64,000 bases of DNA, from positions 64,001 through 128,000 of IMG/VR virus record IMGVR_UViG_3300047476_000521; one strand, 5' to 3'. Made by a program: the position numbers and the translations under genes. A model generated the notes under the pieces. It was given only the letters and a program-made list of their open reading frames with translations, did not search any database and was not told the origin of the DNA. Positions 47,040 through 56,643 of the stretch are shown here, piece after piece (the first letter of the stretch is position 1; the number at the start of each line of letters is the position of its first letter). Source of the DNA: a virus.

Positions 47040-47444
47040 ATGGGCAAGTGTTATACGAATGTAGTGGCAGAACCTTTCACTAACGAAATCGGTCAGACTA
47101 TTAATCCTGGAGATGAGGTAGTAGTTGTTACTACTGGTTATTCTCATAGAGTTAATGTTTATACTGCTAAGTTTCTAGGAGTTCGTCGTAATAAAGAAAC
47201 CTATGAATTCGTTGGTACTTCCGTAGGAGATGTTCCTTCTACTAGGACTCGCATTGTTTATTCGTCTGATGGCGAATACGAAGAAATCAAGTATGGAGAC
47301 TATGATTGGACGACACAAAAAGGCTCACAAATTAAAACTGGCCGAAGATATTCTTTTGTTCGAGAAGATGTTATGACTAGGCGAGCTCTATATTGTAATC
47401 GAATTTTTAAGATCGGTACTCAGCTTGCTGATGTTAGAATTTAA
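47040..47444 (+). CDS. Hypothetical protein
   Basis: SD GGAG; NEIGQTINPGDEVVV SH3-like start. Confidence 0.65.
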   Translation: MGKCYTNVVAEPFTNEIGQTINPGDEVVVVTTGYSHRVNVYTAKFLGVRRNKETYEFVGTSVGDVPSTRTRIVYSSDGEYEEIKYGDYDWTTQKGSQIKTGRRYSFVREDVMTRRALYCNRIFKIGTQLADVRI

Positions 47445-47487
47445 TTCTTGACTTTATCGCAATTAAGCGATATAATTACTGATAATT

Positions 47488-47509
47488 GGAGGGATCTTCC
47501 CTCCTTTTT
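47488..47509 (+). terminator. Rho-independent terminator ending tRNA region
   Basis: GGAGGGA-TCT-TCCCTCC then TTTTT. Confidence 0.75.
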
Positions 47510-47523
47510 CATTGGGTAGATCG

Positions 47524-47937
47524 ATGACTCGCGACGATAAGTATATGGCCTTTACTCGTCGAATGGCTATTTCCAATAAAATGAAAATGAAACTCGCTGC
47601 TTGCCTCGTTATCCAAAACGAGGTAATCAGCATAGGATATAACTCTGATAAGTCTCATCCCCTGCAAAAAAGATTCTCCAAGAATTCAGAATCAATCTTT
47701 AAGCACGCAGAGATTGATTGTATCGTCAATGCGCTCAAACACATTGACGCTGAAGATATGAAGCGTGCGACTCTCTATGTTTATAGAGTAAAAAAGAAAC
47801 AGAAAGGAGATAGTGGGTGGGTTGATGGAAGAGCAGAACCTTGTTCAGGATGTAAGAAAGCTATCGAACATTTTGGAATTAAGATGGTTGTGTATTCCAC
47901 AGACGATCCTGGGATGTATGGGATTGACTACGCCTAA
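47524..47937 (+). CDS. Cytidine/deoxycytidylate deaminase-fold Zn enzyme
   Basis: HAE and PCxxC (HAEIDCI, EPCSGC) motifs. Confidence 0.88.
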   Translation: MTRDDKYMAFTRRMAISNKMKMKLAACLVIQNEVISIGYNSDKSHPLQKRFSKNSESIFKHAEIDCIVNALKHIDAEDMKRATLYVYRVKKKQKGDSGWVDGRAEPCSGCKKAIEHFGIKMVVYSTDDPGMYGIDYA

Positions 47938-47945
47938 ATAATCAT

Positions 47946-48275
47946 ATGGGAACAGTAAGAACTAGAATTTCAAAGAAATCAGGACCAATTAGAACTACTA
48001 CTTCTTGGGGAGGTGGCAGAGGCACAACTTCTTCCATGTCTTACAGTAATGGTAAGGGGATAGGTAGAACAAGAGTAACCTATTCTACAAATCAAAAGAC
48101 AGGTAGATCTAGGTTCACTCAGTCGCAAAAGGTAGGCCAGAACTCTTGGTATACTACCAGTAAAACTACTGGCGGTTTCTCTAAGAGAAGAGGAAGAAAA
48201 CCTAAGATAAAGTCTTGGTCAGAATTATTCTGGACTCTTGTTATCTTAGGCGTTATTATCCTGTTTGTGCTGTAA
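47946..48275 (+). CDS. Basic hypothetical protein with C-terminal TM helix
   Basis: Arg/Thr/Ser-rich then LFWTLVILGVIILFVL. Confidence 0.6.
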   Translation: MGTVRTRISKKSGPIRTTTSWGGGRGTTSSMSYSNGKGIGRTRVTYSTNQKTGRSRFTQSQKVGQNSWYTTSKTTGGFSKRRGRKPKIKSWSELFWTLVILGVIILFVL

Positions 48276-48918
48276 AGATATCGATAACTCTATCTACATA
48301 TTGACCACGATCTTTCACAAATAGCTGTGGAGGTTCGTGGTCAACTGCTATTAGGATTGCTATTTGTGGGATCTTTATCTTATAGATCCATTCAAACATC
48401 ATAGAATATACTGTTGTCTGGAGGAAGTAGCTTTCAATCCACTCCTCCTTTTTTAATTTACGGCTTGTTTTAAAATCAATTACAGAAGGAACACCATCGA
48501 ACTCAGCAATGAGATCGCAACGTCCAGCTGTCTTAAGAGCAACAGAATATAATGGTAGCTCGATGCCTAGAATATTATCAACATGCTTATCTAAGAGCGT
48601 TTGAACACCTTTGAAAGCATCAATTCCAGAAGGCATAGCGCCCCGAAGATAGTTCTCTTCGTTGAGGACATAACGCTCTGCGATAGAGTGTACGGCGGTT
48701 CCACGACGAGCAGCTTGTGTAGAAATTTTTTGAGCTTCCTCATGTCCTACTCTTTTCCTCCATTCGTGTAGTGCTGTTTTATCCATAGCTCCATCTAATA
48801 CGGTTGTTACCGAACGGAATTTCTCACCGTTCGGTAACACATAATATCTCTTACCATCTATGGTAGTTGTATTAATGTCAATCTCTGGTACGAGATTGTG
48901 TTTAAATGTTTTTCTCAT
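48256..48918 (-). CDS. PD-(D/E)XK exonuclease
   Basis: SVTTVL, RGTAVH, E.PLYS, AGRCD, IDFKTS, YFLQ. Confidence 0.88.
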   Translation of the reverse strand: MRKTFKHNLVPEIDINTTTIDGKRYYVLPNGEKFRSVTTVLDGAMDKTALHEWRKRVGHEEAQKISTQAARRGTAVHSIAERYVLNEENYLRGAMPSGIDAFKGVQTLLDKHVDNILGIELPLYSVALKTAGRCDLIAEFDGVPSVIDFKTSRKLKKEEWIESYFLQTTVYSMMFEWIYKIKIPQIAILIAVDHEPPQLFVKDRGQYVDRVIDIFTAQTG

Positions 48919-49283
48919 AAGATATCCATTGTAAATAAAGCCCTAACAGGATAAAGTGGCGGTATTCTCTGTCTAGCGAATACCACGTAACCAAAATCAT
49001 CTTCACCAATAACTTCTAGCATGGATGTTCCTGTCGTCCATACATCATCCACAACAAGACGATAAGTCTGATGTGTTTTCTCTGTTTCACAATATTTTTG
49101 TAGCGCAGAGGCAAGTTTATTTCCGCCTCTTGGTATTCCTACTACTTCGTGAAACATAATACGATCAGAAATCATCTTGGCAAGACAATCCCAATCATCA
49201 TCCGTTAGAGCGTCACATTCTAATTTCCAATTTAGCTCATTACCAGAATGACTGGTGAACTTTCCTAGCTGAAATAAACTCAT
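48915..49283 (-). CDS. Phosphoribosyltransferase-fold protein
   Basis: GIPRGG and LVVDDVWTTGTS PRPP-binding motif. Confidence 0.82.
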   Translation of the reverse strand: MSLFQLGKFTSHSGNELNWKLECDALTDDDWDCLAKMISDRIMFHEVVGIPRGGNKLASALQKYCETEKTHQTYRLVVDDVWTTGTSMLEVIGEDDFGYVVFARQRIPPLYPVRALFTMDIL

Positions 49284-50044
49284 ACCACAATCCTCATCTT
49301 ATCTTTTAGAATTATATATTCTTTAACCAGAGCAGATCTAACAATATCTTCTGCATTAAACTCAATCAAATTAAAAGAACGCATACTCTTGATAACTCTC
49401 ATGAAGTCAGTCAATCCATTCTTCTCGTGTTCTCTTGTAAAGTCAGACTGGCGGAAATCGCCGCAGAATATGATCTTACAATTATGTCCTACACGTGTGA
49501 TTACTGAATCTAGTTCGTGAAGAGTAGCATTCTGCATTTCATCCACAATTACAATACAATCGTTGAGGGTAATACCACGAATAAAGGAAGTAGAAATAAA
49601 CTCAACCAAGTTTCTCTGCTTTAGATACTCATAGGCATCACCTCTACCAAATAGCTCGGAGCATATTGCGTAGTAAGGAGCCTCATAAACCTTAGTCTTT
49701 TCTTTAGAGTTACCTGGCAGGAAGCCCATGTCTCTGGTGGGCACGACTGTACGCACGATAACGATCTTTTTAAAAGAACTGTCCGGATTATTAAGTATCT
49801 GTTTCAGAGAAAGATACATCGCCATGAACGATTTACCAGTTCCGGCTATACCATGTAACATTAGATTCTTTTCGTCAGCAAAAGATCTAAAAGCAATCCT
49901 CTGGTTATCTGTAAGAGGATCGAAATGTCTTAGGTTAAAATTTAGCTTTTGCTGTTGAGAACTTTCTTTTGTTTTTCCTTGTCGAAGAAGTCTTTTTTCT
50001 TTACGAGTTAATCTTTTTGTTGGTTCTAGGATTTCTTCTTCCAT
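49280..50044 (-). CDS. phoH: PhoH-family ATPase
   Basis: GIAGTGKS, MGFLPG, FIRGITL, DEMQN, GDFRQSD, DIVRS. Confidence 0.94.
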   Translation of the reverse strand: MEEEILEPTKRLTRKEKRLLRQGKTKESSQQQKLNFNLRHFDPLTDNQRIAFRSFADEKNLMLHGIAGTGKSFMAMYLSLKQILNNPDSSFKKIVIVRTVVPTRDMGFLPGNSKEKTKVYEAPYYAICSELFGRGDAYEYLKQRNLVEFISTSFIRGITLNDCIVIVDEMQNATLHELDSVITRVGHNCKIIFCGDFRQSDFTREHEKNGLTDFMRVIKSMRSFNLIEFNAEDIVRSALVKEYIILKDKMRIVV

Positions 50045-50051
50045 TTTGCCT

Positions 50052-50297
50052 CTAAAATGTATGGATGGTGCTCCTGCTAATGCCTTTTTGATTACCCTTT
50101 TTAATGTGTTTAAGTAGGTCACGGAAACCATCATCAGGTTTACCCATGCCTCTACCAGAGTGTATCATTGGAGCGCCATTGACTAATTGAGTGATGTGTT
50201 TATTCTCTTCAAGATAGACTTCAAGAGCAGAGATGCTCATGAATTCCTCATACTCTTCACCAGTTTCATCATTACGAAATAAATAAGTAGGGCACAT
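50052..50297 (-). CDS. FmdB-like small protein
   Basis: PTYLFRNDETGEEYEEFMSIS..GAPM..PDDGFRDLL. Confidence 0.75.
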   Translation of the reverse strand: MCPTYLFRNDETGEEYEEFMSISALEVYLEENKHITQLVNGAPMIHSGRGMGKPDDGFRDLLKHIKKGNQKGISRSTIHTF

Positions 50298-50298
50298 A

Positions 50299-50895
50299 TT
50301 AAGAATCCTTTTTCTTTCTTGCGGCTAACATTTTCTCTCTCCAAACAGGGTCTTTCCACAATTCTTTAATTTTTTCAGAATTTTTTCTCTTATGATCTTC
50401 TGTTTGTATTGCACCCTTTTTTGATTCTGATATTTTGTTTTTAGTTTCTTCGTCTCTGGATTTACCTAACCAATATTTACTAGGATTTTTCTTAGCAGCA
50501 ATTCTCATATTTTCTCTTGCTTTTTCAGAGGTAGTTGTTCCTTTTCTTGGGGGATTGGATTTACATCTTTCTGACACCCAAGGTTTAGGTTTTTTAGCAG
50601 AATCGCTCATTCTTTTTCTTGTAATAGAAGAAATATTGGAAATTCCTTCGCCGCCATCAGTCATATTTAACAGTGTGCCATTACCTATGTCTCTTCTTCC
50701 ATACCAATTAATATAAAATCTTTCTAAAGCAAAAGCTCCTATTTCTGTCAAATTTTTTTCCATTATAATAATTCTATTATGTTCTTTCGGTACAGGTATT
50801 TTACCATGTTTTTTATATGCTCTATTACCTGTTCCTTTACCTATATAATAGGGATTTCCATTTTTATTAGAAATATATGCGTATATGTAATACAT
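50299..50895 (-). CDS. GIY-YIG homing endonuclease with NUMOD3 repeats
   Basis: [28 protein letters not shown]; [10 protein letters not shown]. Confidence 0.9.
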   Translation of the reverse strand: MYYIYAYISNKNGNPYYIGKGTGNRAYKKHGKIPVPKEHNRIIIMEKNLTEIGAFALERFYINWYGRRDIGNGTLLNMTDGGEGISNISSITRKRMSDSAKKPKPWVSERCKSNPPRKGTTTSEKARENMRIAAKKNPSKYWLGKSRDEETKNKISESKKGAIQTEDHKRKNSEKIKELWKDPVWREKMLAARKKKDS

Positions 50896-50958
50896 AGCTG
50901 TGTCCTCCTAGACATAGAGTCCGCGGAGCGCCAACTCGTGACGGACACAACTATTTAT
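50894..50958 (-). promoter_or_regulatory. Late-promoter-like box plus RBS-sequestering leader hairpin
   Basis: Minus strand ATAAATA then ATAGTTGTGTCC...GGACACAGCTAT(G) 12-bp stem overlapping SD GGAGG and ATG. Confidence 0.65.
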
Positions 50959-50992
50959 GATTCTCAAGTTTTTAAAAACTTATATGTTGGCA

Positions 50993-51214
50993 TTACTTAC
51001 CTGTTGAATCTAAGAAAGGTTTGTTTATCGAAGTAGAATCTTTGATCTTCTTCATTGGTGTGTTCTTACCCATGGTACCAGTGACCATGGGCGCACCATT
51101 GAGGAGAAGTTTGACATGAGGATGCTCTAATAGCTTAGATTCCATTTCTGAAATGGACATAAGCTCTTCCCATTCTTCTTCGGTTTGTGTGTTGAGAAAC
51201 TTATAGATAGGCAT
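50993..51214 (-). CDS. FmdB-like small protein, paralogue of 50052-50297
   Basis: MPIYKFLNTQTEEEWEELMSISE..NGAPM. Confidence 0.7.
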   Translation of the reverse strand: MPIYKFLNTQTEEEWEELMSISEMESKLLEHPHVKLLLNGAPMVTGTMGKNTPMKKIKDSTSINKPFLDSTGK

Positions 51215-51426
51215 TAGCAAACTGCCCTAGATGGGATGACAGGTTTCCAATCAGTAGAATCTGCGACTGGCGCTGCAGTTGTATTTCTGGGGATATACTT
51301 GGGAGTCTTCTTTTCGAAAACTGTCTGTAGATGTTCACGAATTGCTTGCCACTGAGCCTCCGTTGGAGGCTCACCGTTAATCTCAGCAAATCCCTGTAGC
51401 CAATAACAAAACTGTAAAGGTTCCAT
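51214..51426 (-). CDS. Hypothetical protein
   Basis: FCYWLQGFAE..QWQAIREHL..VF motif common in phages. Confidence 0.7.
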   Translation of the reverse strand: MEPLQFCYWLQGFAEINGEPPTEAQWQAIREHLQTVFEKKTPKYIPRNTTAAPVADSTDWKPVIPSRAVC

Positions 51427-51653
51427 CAGTCGTCCTCTTCAATAATATGCCCACGAGTAGTCCCTGCGCAAATCTCAGAGATGTCAAAGTCATCATCGTC
51501 TTCTTCTAGAAGACTAGAGATATCCTTGGTACGTAGAGCACGTTCCACACGCTTTTCCTTATACTTATTAACACGATTACGAGGGTCTTCATGATACTCT
51601 TCATGATCCGAATAATCGTTCTTCTTAAACTTCTTTAGTGCTGACTTGCTCAT
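51426..51653 (-). CDS. Hypothetical protein
   Basis: Coupled ORF. Confidence 0.6.
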   Translation of the reverse strand: MSKSALKKFKKNDYSDHEEYHEDPRNRVNKYKEKRVERALRTKDISSLLEEDDDDFDISEICAGTTRGHIIEEDD

Positions 51654-52069
51654 TCTGCGATTAGTCCTGGTAGTGCTTCTTTAACGTGTTGAACTGTGAT
51701 GCCTGGAAATGGCATCTTCTTATCCTTCATTCCTAGGACAAGCTTTGCATCGTCTGGATCTAATCTTTCTAGGAACTCAACAAACATAGTCTCTCGCTTT
51801 GTCTGGTTGAGCGTAGGATGAAATCCTTCGACGAAATACCTAATCTTATCAGCTTCCTTGTGGAACACATGCTGCTGATCAACAAGATCGTTGGGCTTAT
51901 ATGGGGGTTCGCCTTCTGGCAATAGAAACTTTACGTTTGGATCGAAGATTGCTTGTAGAACAATTCGTAGAGCAAATGTATCATTAGCCTTTAGATTGTC
52001 TACCTTTTCTTGCGTCTTCTTTAGTTTTGAAACCTTGTGTAGAAATTCATACATTCCAAGGACAGCCAT
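51650..52069 (-). CDS. Conserved T4-like hypothetical protein downstream of rnh
   Basis: FDPNVKFLLPEGEPPY..KRETMFVEFLERL..KDKK. Confidence 0.75.
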   Translation of the reverse strand: MAVLGMYEFLHKVSKLKKTQEKVDNLKANDTFALRIVLQAIFDPNVKFLLPEGEPPYKPNDLVDQQHVFHKEADKIRYFVEGFHPTLNQTKRETMFVEFLERLDPDDAKLVLGMKDKKMPFPGITVQHVKEALPGLIAE

Positions 52070-52078
52070 TTATATCTC

Positions 52079-52936
52079 CTAAAAATCACTCAAACAGTCA
52101 GTAAGGTTTTTGAGTTTGTTTGCTATAAAATAATTTAGTAGTTTGCTACGATCGCGATTTGACTGTGCGTCAAACTGCTCCATAACCTTCTCACGAATGA
52201 AGTCAGGAGTAAAACTGAGATCGATTAGCTTTGCGTTACGAGAATAATTACGGGCAGTAACTGTATCCATATCTTCTAGATCAGTTCCCATAATCTTTTC
52301 CATCTTCTTTGCTGTCAGTGGTCTCTGGCGATCGCCAACAACAAAAACATTATCAGGGGAAAGGACGTTAGGAATGCCATCACCAGCATCTCCCTTTAGG
52401 ATATGTTCGTGAAGAAAACGTTCCGGATCCTCGTGAGAAACCCACTTCTTGCGGGTAGGATCATACTGTCTTACATTAGGATAAATGTGCAATTGAATGA
52501 AATCTTTATCGCCTGATAGAATGAGAATTTTCTCACCAGTATTTAGCTCTGAACTAAACTCAGTGACAAGAGTTGAGATGATATCGTCTGCTTCTGCAGC
52601 TTCAACATCAATAACTCGGTAAGGAAAATACTCCTTTAGTTCTGCGCGAATCTTGTTAAGGCATTCGAACAGAGCCTTCCAATCTAGCTCAGACTTTTCA
52701 AGGTTCTTCTTTCGGTTTGCCTTGTAATAAGGAAACACCTGCTTGCGCCAATAATTGGTGTTATCACAAGCAATAATCATTTCGCCATACTCGTCACCGA
52801 ACTTAACCTTATACGAACGGAGAGAGTTTAAGATCATATGGCGAACCATATTTTCTTCTAGCTGAGCGTTGGTATGGTTACCAAGCTGCATTAGAAGATT
52901 TGACAACATGACCTGATTCAAGTCAACAATAATCAC
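52079..52936 (-). CDS. rnh: T4 RNase H (5'-3' exonuclease)
   Basis: YWRKQVFPYYKANR, EADDII, SGDKDFIQL, GDAGDGIPN. Confidence 0.93.
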   Translation of the reverse strand: MIIVDLNQVMLSNLLMQLGNHTNAQLEENMVRHMILNSLRSYKVKFGDEYGEMIIACDNTNYWRKQVFPYYKANRKKNLEKSELDWKALFECLNKIRAELKEYFPYRVIDVEAAEADDIISTLVTEFSSELNTGEKILILSGDKDFIQLHIYPNVRQYDPTRKKWVSHEDPERFLHEHILKGDAGDGIPNVLSPDNVFVVGDRQRPLTAKKMEKIMGTDLEDMDTVTARNYSRNAKLIDLSFTPDFIREKVMEQFDAQSNRDRSKLLNYFIANKLKNLTDCLSDF

Positions 52937-52944
52937 AATTTCAC

Positions 52945-53331
52945 CTATTCTGTTTCTTCGTCTTCTACAGTTTTTAGTTCGAGTTCTAGTTTATTTACAA
53001 TCTTATACGCACCTTCCTCTTTGGGATGAGGAATAAAGATTGCTTCTGCTACTTGCTGAAAAGGATGGTGCATATCATAGTGTTTTAGCATTAGAGAACG
53101 TAACGCTTCAACTATAAGAGCGCCATCCTTAATATCATGATCAACATCGTCTTCAATGAGACCAAATCCTGCGATATCTAGCTGGTTAAAAATCATAGGA
53201 ACAAGGTTTTGAATCGTCTCTTGGATATGATAATGCCTCATCATGTCCATGTTATGTTGGATATCCTCTAGAGTTATTCCCTTTGTATCCTGTTTTCCCT
53301 TGGGAAAAGTTACAACATTATTCGAAGTCAT
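52945..53331 (-). CDS. Hypothetical protein
   Basis: SNNVVTFP start; HPFQ motif; promoter-like TTGACA upstream. Confidence 0.7.
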   Translation of the reverse strand: MTSNNVVTFPKGKQDTKGITLEDIQHNMDMMRHYHIQETIQNLVPMIFNQLDIAGFGLIEDDVDHDIKDGALIVEALRSLMLKHYDMHHPFQQVAEAIFIPHPKEEGAYKIVNKLELELKTVEDEETE

Positions 53332-53371
53332 GATAATATATTACCTTATAATATTATTATTGTCAATATAT

Positions 53372-54361
53372 TTAGTTGTGATAGACCACACTAGATCCTA
53401 GTCCATAAAATTCGAAGTCGTAAATTCTACAGTCTTTGTGTAGATTAGAGATCGCCCAAGTTACTGACGATCTATGAATTTCTGGCACATAGAAAATAAA
53501 AAATCCTCCTCCGCCTGCTCCTAGAAGTTTACCTCCTAAAGCTCCAGAATCCATTGCTGTATTGTAGATTTCATCGAAATAGTCTTGCGTTATTTCTTCG
53601 CAAACACCTTTCTTATCTATCCATGATTCGTGTAGAAGTCTACCGAAATCGTCAATCTTTCCTTTATGGATCAGTTCTAATGCTTCGAAAGCCTTATCCT
53701 TAGACCTCTTGACTTTATTAAATTTGTCAACATCTACCATGGCTTTCTGTTGTTTCTGAAGAATGTTATTAGCGTTTCTACTTCTTCCAGAGTAAACCAA
53801 CAATAGATTTTTTTCTAAAGCCATTAAATTAGGATTGGTTAGTCTAACTTCTTCTACATCAACTTGACCGTTTTTTCTAAACTGAAAAAGATTAAACCCT
53901 CCATAAACGGCAGCGTATTGATCCTGTTTACCAACAGGATATCCGCAACGATTCATTTCTATTTCGCATGCAGTTTCTGCGAAATGACTTCGGGATCTTT
54001 CGTTGTTGTTAATTGTAGAGATAGCCTTAACAAGCCCAACTGTAAAAGCAGAAGAGCTACCAAGGCCAGAACCCTTAGTAACAATATCAGACATTGACGC
54101 AACCGTAATCTCCTTTGAAATATTGTAATACTTTAAAGTTTCTCTTGTGATTGCGTGTTGCATTTGTTCAATATCGTATTGTTCTTCAACTTCATCATAC
54201 ATGCAGCGTACGCCCATGTGAGGAACTTTGTGAGCCATTACGTAAATAAATTTATTGATAGTCACTGAAAGAGCGGCACCGTCTTCCTTTTCATAGAAAG
54301 ACGGCATATCGCTACCACCACTGAAGAAAGAAACACGTAGTGGAGTTTTTGTAATAATCAT
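53372..54361 (-). CDS. hddA: GHMP sugar kinase, HddA-type (heptose-7-phosphate 1-kinase)
   Basis: TPLRVSFFSGGSD, GSGLGSSS, GKQDQYAAVYGG, GGKLLGAGGGGF. Confidence 0.87.
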   Translation of the reverse strand: MIITKTPLRVSFFSGGSDMPSFYEKEDGAALSVTINKFIYVMAHKVPHMGVRCMYDEVEEQYDIEQMQHAITRETLKYYNISKEITVASMSDIVTKGSGLGSSSAFTVGLVKAISTINNNERSRSHFAETACEIEMNRCGYPVGKQDQYAAVYGGFNLFQFRKNGQVDVEEVRLTNPNLMALEKNLLLVYSGRSRNANNILQKQQKAMVDVDKFNKVKRSKDKAFEALELIHKGKIDDFGRLLHESWIDKKGVCEEITQDYFDEIYNTAMDSGALGGKLLGAGGGGFFIFYVPEIHRSSVTWAISNLHKDCRIYDFEFYGLGSSVVYHN

Positions 54362-54362
54362 A

Positions 54363-55358
54363 TTACACCTTATATACGAACATTGGTTCAGGGAACTTTC
54401 TAGATTCAACAGTTGGATACTGTTGTAGGAGATCTCTTAAGACAGCATTCCATTTGTTATTAATGAACTCAATGTTAAATCTAGAATCAACGTATACCTT
54501 ATTGAAAGCTAACATACTCTTCTCGTTGTCTTCTCTAACAAGTTGAATAGCAGCGTTCAAATTACCAGCAAACAAAGAAGCATGAATAGTCTTGTCTTCC
54601 ATGTTACCATGGTACATAACATTTAATCCACCAGATGTTTCAGGTAAAGCTCCAAGATTAGGATGAACACAAACTAGTCTAGCAGACATAGCTTCAAGCA
54701 TAGCACGACAAGAAGTCTCAACCCAAATAGAAGGATATGCAAAGATATGAGCAGAGTTTAGATGCTCCTTCAACTTTTCGTTTGAAACAAATCCATGATA
54801 TGTCATTTGAGGATGATTACGAATCTTATCATATAATGGCTCAAACTGTTTATCTGCTTCATCCCAGCCATAAATCTTAAAAGAGGAAAATACGTCTAGA
54901 TGAATATCAGGTTGAGTCTCTGCCAACCTCTCGAATACAGGAACTAAAATCTCTAGCCCACGTTGAGGAGTTGATGTGTAAACTAACCGAATCTTATCCT
55001 TGGGCTTTTCTACCTCTGGAGCAGGTTCGATGCCTGACTCTAGGATAACTGACTTGTTATCCATGGGTAATCCATGGATAAGATTGTACCTCTGGTACTG
55101 CCAGTTTGAAATAAAAACAAACTTGTGATACTTATCTCGCCATTCAGTGTTACGGAACTTAGCAGACTCTGGGTCTTCTGGTAAATCGTGACACCAAAAT
55201 AATCTAATCTTAGATTCGTCTAACTGACGTTCGCGAGAACAGATAATTTGAAAATTATCTAGTAGATCCTGATCTAAAATCTCAGCTAGCTTTCTCTTTG
55301 CGATCTCTGTTCCGCCTTGAGCCTTTGATGAAATTTCGTTTTCTTCAAATCCCTTCAT
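54363..55358 (-). CDS. GT-B (family 4-like) glycosyltransferase
   Basis: GGTE, YTSTPQRGL, AYPSIWVETSCRAMLEAMS, GALPET. Confidence 0.87.
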   Translation of the reverse strand: MKGFEENEISSKAQGGTEIAKRKLAEILDQDLLDNFQIICSRERQLDESKIRLFWCHDLPEDPESAKFRNTEWRDKYHKFVFISNWQYQRYNLIHGLPMDNKSVILESGIEPAPEVEKPKDKIRLVYTSTPQRGLEILVPVFERLAETQPDIHLDVFSSFKIYGWDEADKQFEPLYDKIRNHPQMTYHGFVSNEKLKEHLNSAHIFAYPSIWVETSCRAMLEAMSARLVCVHPNLGALPETSGGLNVMYHGNMEDKTIHASLFAGNLNAAIQLVREDNEKSMLAFNKVYVDSRFNIEFINNKWNAVLRDLLQQYPTVESRKFPEPMFVYKV

Positions 55359-56104
55359 TATACTTCAATCCTGTATCCAGATGCAACAGCATCATTATAA
55401 AACATTTGAACTGTTTCTTGTGAAAACTCTTCTAAATCCTTGTTCTCTAGACTTAACTTTTTAATCTGATCATGAAGCATAGTAATAATGTTACAGCCAG
55501 AATGTTCAGCCATTCGTAGATGATAAAGTTCTCTACAAGAAGCCCAAAGAAACTTTACATTTTTTACATCGTTTTCTTCAAAACAATCCATTTCTTGAAC
55601 ACAACGTTTTGTTCTATCAACTGGATCTCGAAGAGTATCAGCAATACGTCCAGAGAAGATAGAAATAATTACTGGAACTTCGGGGTTGTTAATGCTTTCA
55701 AGAATTTTAAAGGTCTGTTGTGGCGTAAACACAGCGGTAACATTTACCTTCACACCCTCTTCGTTAAGCAAACGAATAAGACCGTAATTAGGTTCGCCCT
55801 TTGTATTCGTAACTGGAATTTTAACGAATACGTCATACTTATAAAACTCGCCCCACGAAGCAATCTTCTTTGCTTGCTCGTACATACTATTAGTATCATC
55901 AGCAAATACTTCTAGAGAAATATTAGTCCCTGGTCTCTTTTGCGCTAAAACACTAATAATATTATGAGCGAATTCCTCATAATCAGTAACACCAGCTTGC
56001 CTCATAAGAGTTGGATTAGTAGTAAATCCAGTAACAAGAGGATTCTCTGCCGCTTTTAAAATACCATTAAAATCAGCACCATCTGCATAAATTTCAATCG
56101 TCAT
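55358..56104 (-). CDS. tal: Transaldolase
   Basis: YADGAD, GFTTNPTL, VFVKIP Schiff-base Lys, VNVTAVF, SIFSGRIAD, LWAS.R. Confidence 0.9.
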   Translation of the reverse strand: MTIEIYADGADFNGILKAAENPLVTGFTTNPTLMRQAGVTDYEEFAHNIISVLAQKRPGTNISLEVFADDTNSMYEQAKKIASWGEFYKYDVFVKIPVTNTKGEPNYGLIRLLNEEGVKVNVTAVFTPQQTFKILESINNPEVPVIISIFSGRIADTLRDPVDRTKRCVQEMDCFEENDVKNVKFLWASCRELYHLRMAEHSGCNIITMLHDQIKKLSLENKDLEEFSQETVQMFYNDAVASGYRIEV

Positions 56105-56643
56105 TCGCCACCTACATTTTGTTGAATAATAATTACTGCCTCAAGAAGATTCTTGGCATAAAAGTCTGGTTTGATATGCATATACTCTTCAGGAGAAGAA
56201 TAGATATCTCCAAGGTATATAGTCGCGACCCCAGCCTTGTTACCAGCAACCACATCTTTCCAAGTATCACCAATCATCCAACTACGTTCTCTAGTAATCA
56301 TCCATTCTTTGATTACCTTATCAAGCATACCAGAATTAGGTTTGTATTCTGGTGTACCACGAGTTCTAGCTGCTTGAATAGTATCAACTTTTAAATCATT
56401 CTTGAGGCGTTGATGAATTACATTCATTGTTTCTTCAGTAGTATAACCATCATCAACATCAGGTTGATTGGTTACTACATGCAAAGTATAACCTAAACTA
56501 CGAAAACTAGCAATAGCTTGTTCTACGCCATCAATATATTCAAACTCTGAATAATACCAAGGACAAACATGTTTAGGATTATCCCTTCCATGAACCAATT
56601 CGTTGATTGTTCCATCTCGATCTAGGAAAATAGCTTTTACCAT
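56101..56643 (-). CDS. gmhB: HAD phosphatase, GmhB-type
   Basis: FLDRDGTIN, VTNQPD, KPNSGM, MIGDTWKD. Confidence 0.88.
   Translation of the reverse strand: MVKAIFLDRDGTINELVHGRDNPKHVCPWYYSEFEYIDGVEQAIASFRSLGYTLHVVTNQPDVDDGYTTEETMNVIHQRLKNDLKVDTIQAARTRGTPEYKPNSGMLDKVIKEWMITRERSWMIGDTWKDVVAGNKAGVATIYLGDIYSSPEEYMHIKPDFYAKNLLEAVIIIQQNVGGE

Noticed and set aside
40668-47147. Many ORF-track entries overlapping tRNAs (e.g. 42233, 43182, 43978, 44331, 44790, 45670, 46647)
   Set aside because: Artefacts of GC-rich RNA genes; no SD, overlap cloverleaves
55358-56104. Cyanophage-type talC implying a cyanobacterial host
   Set aside because: Embedded in a sugar-nucleotide operon; no photosynthesis genes; tRNA-His points to alphaproteobacteria
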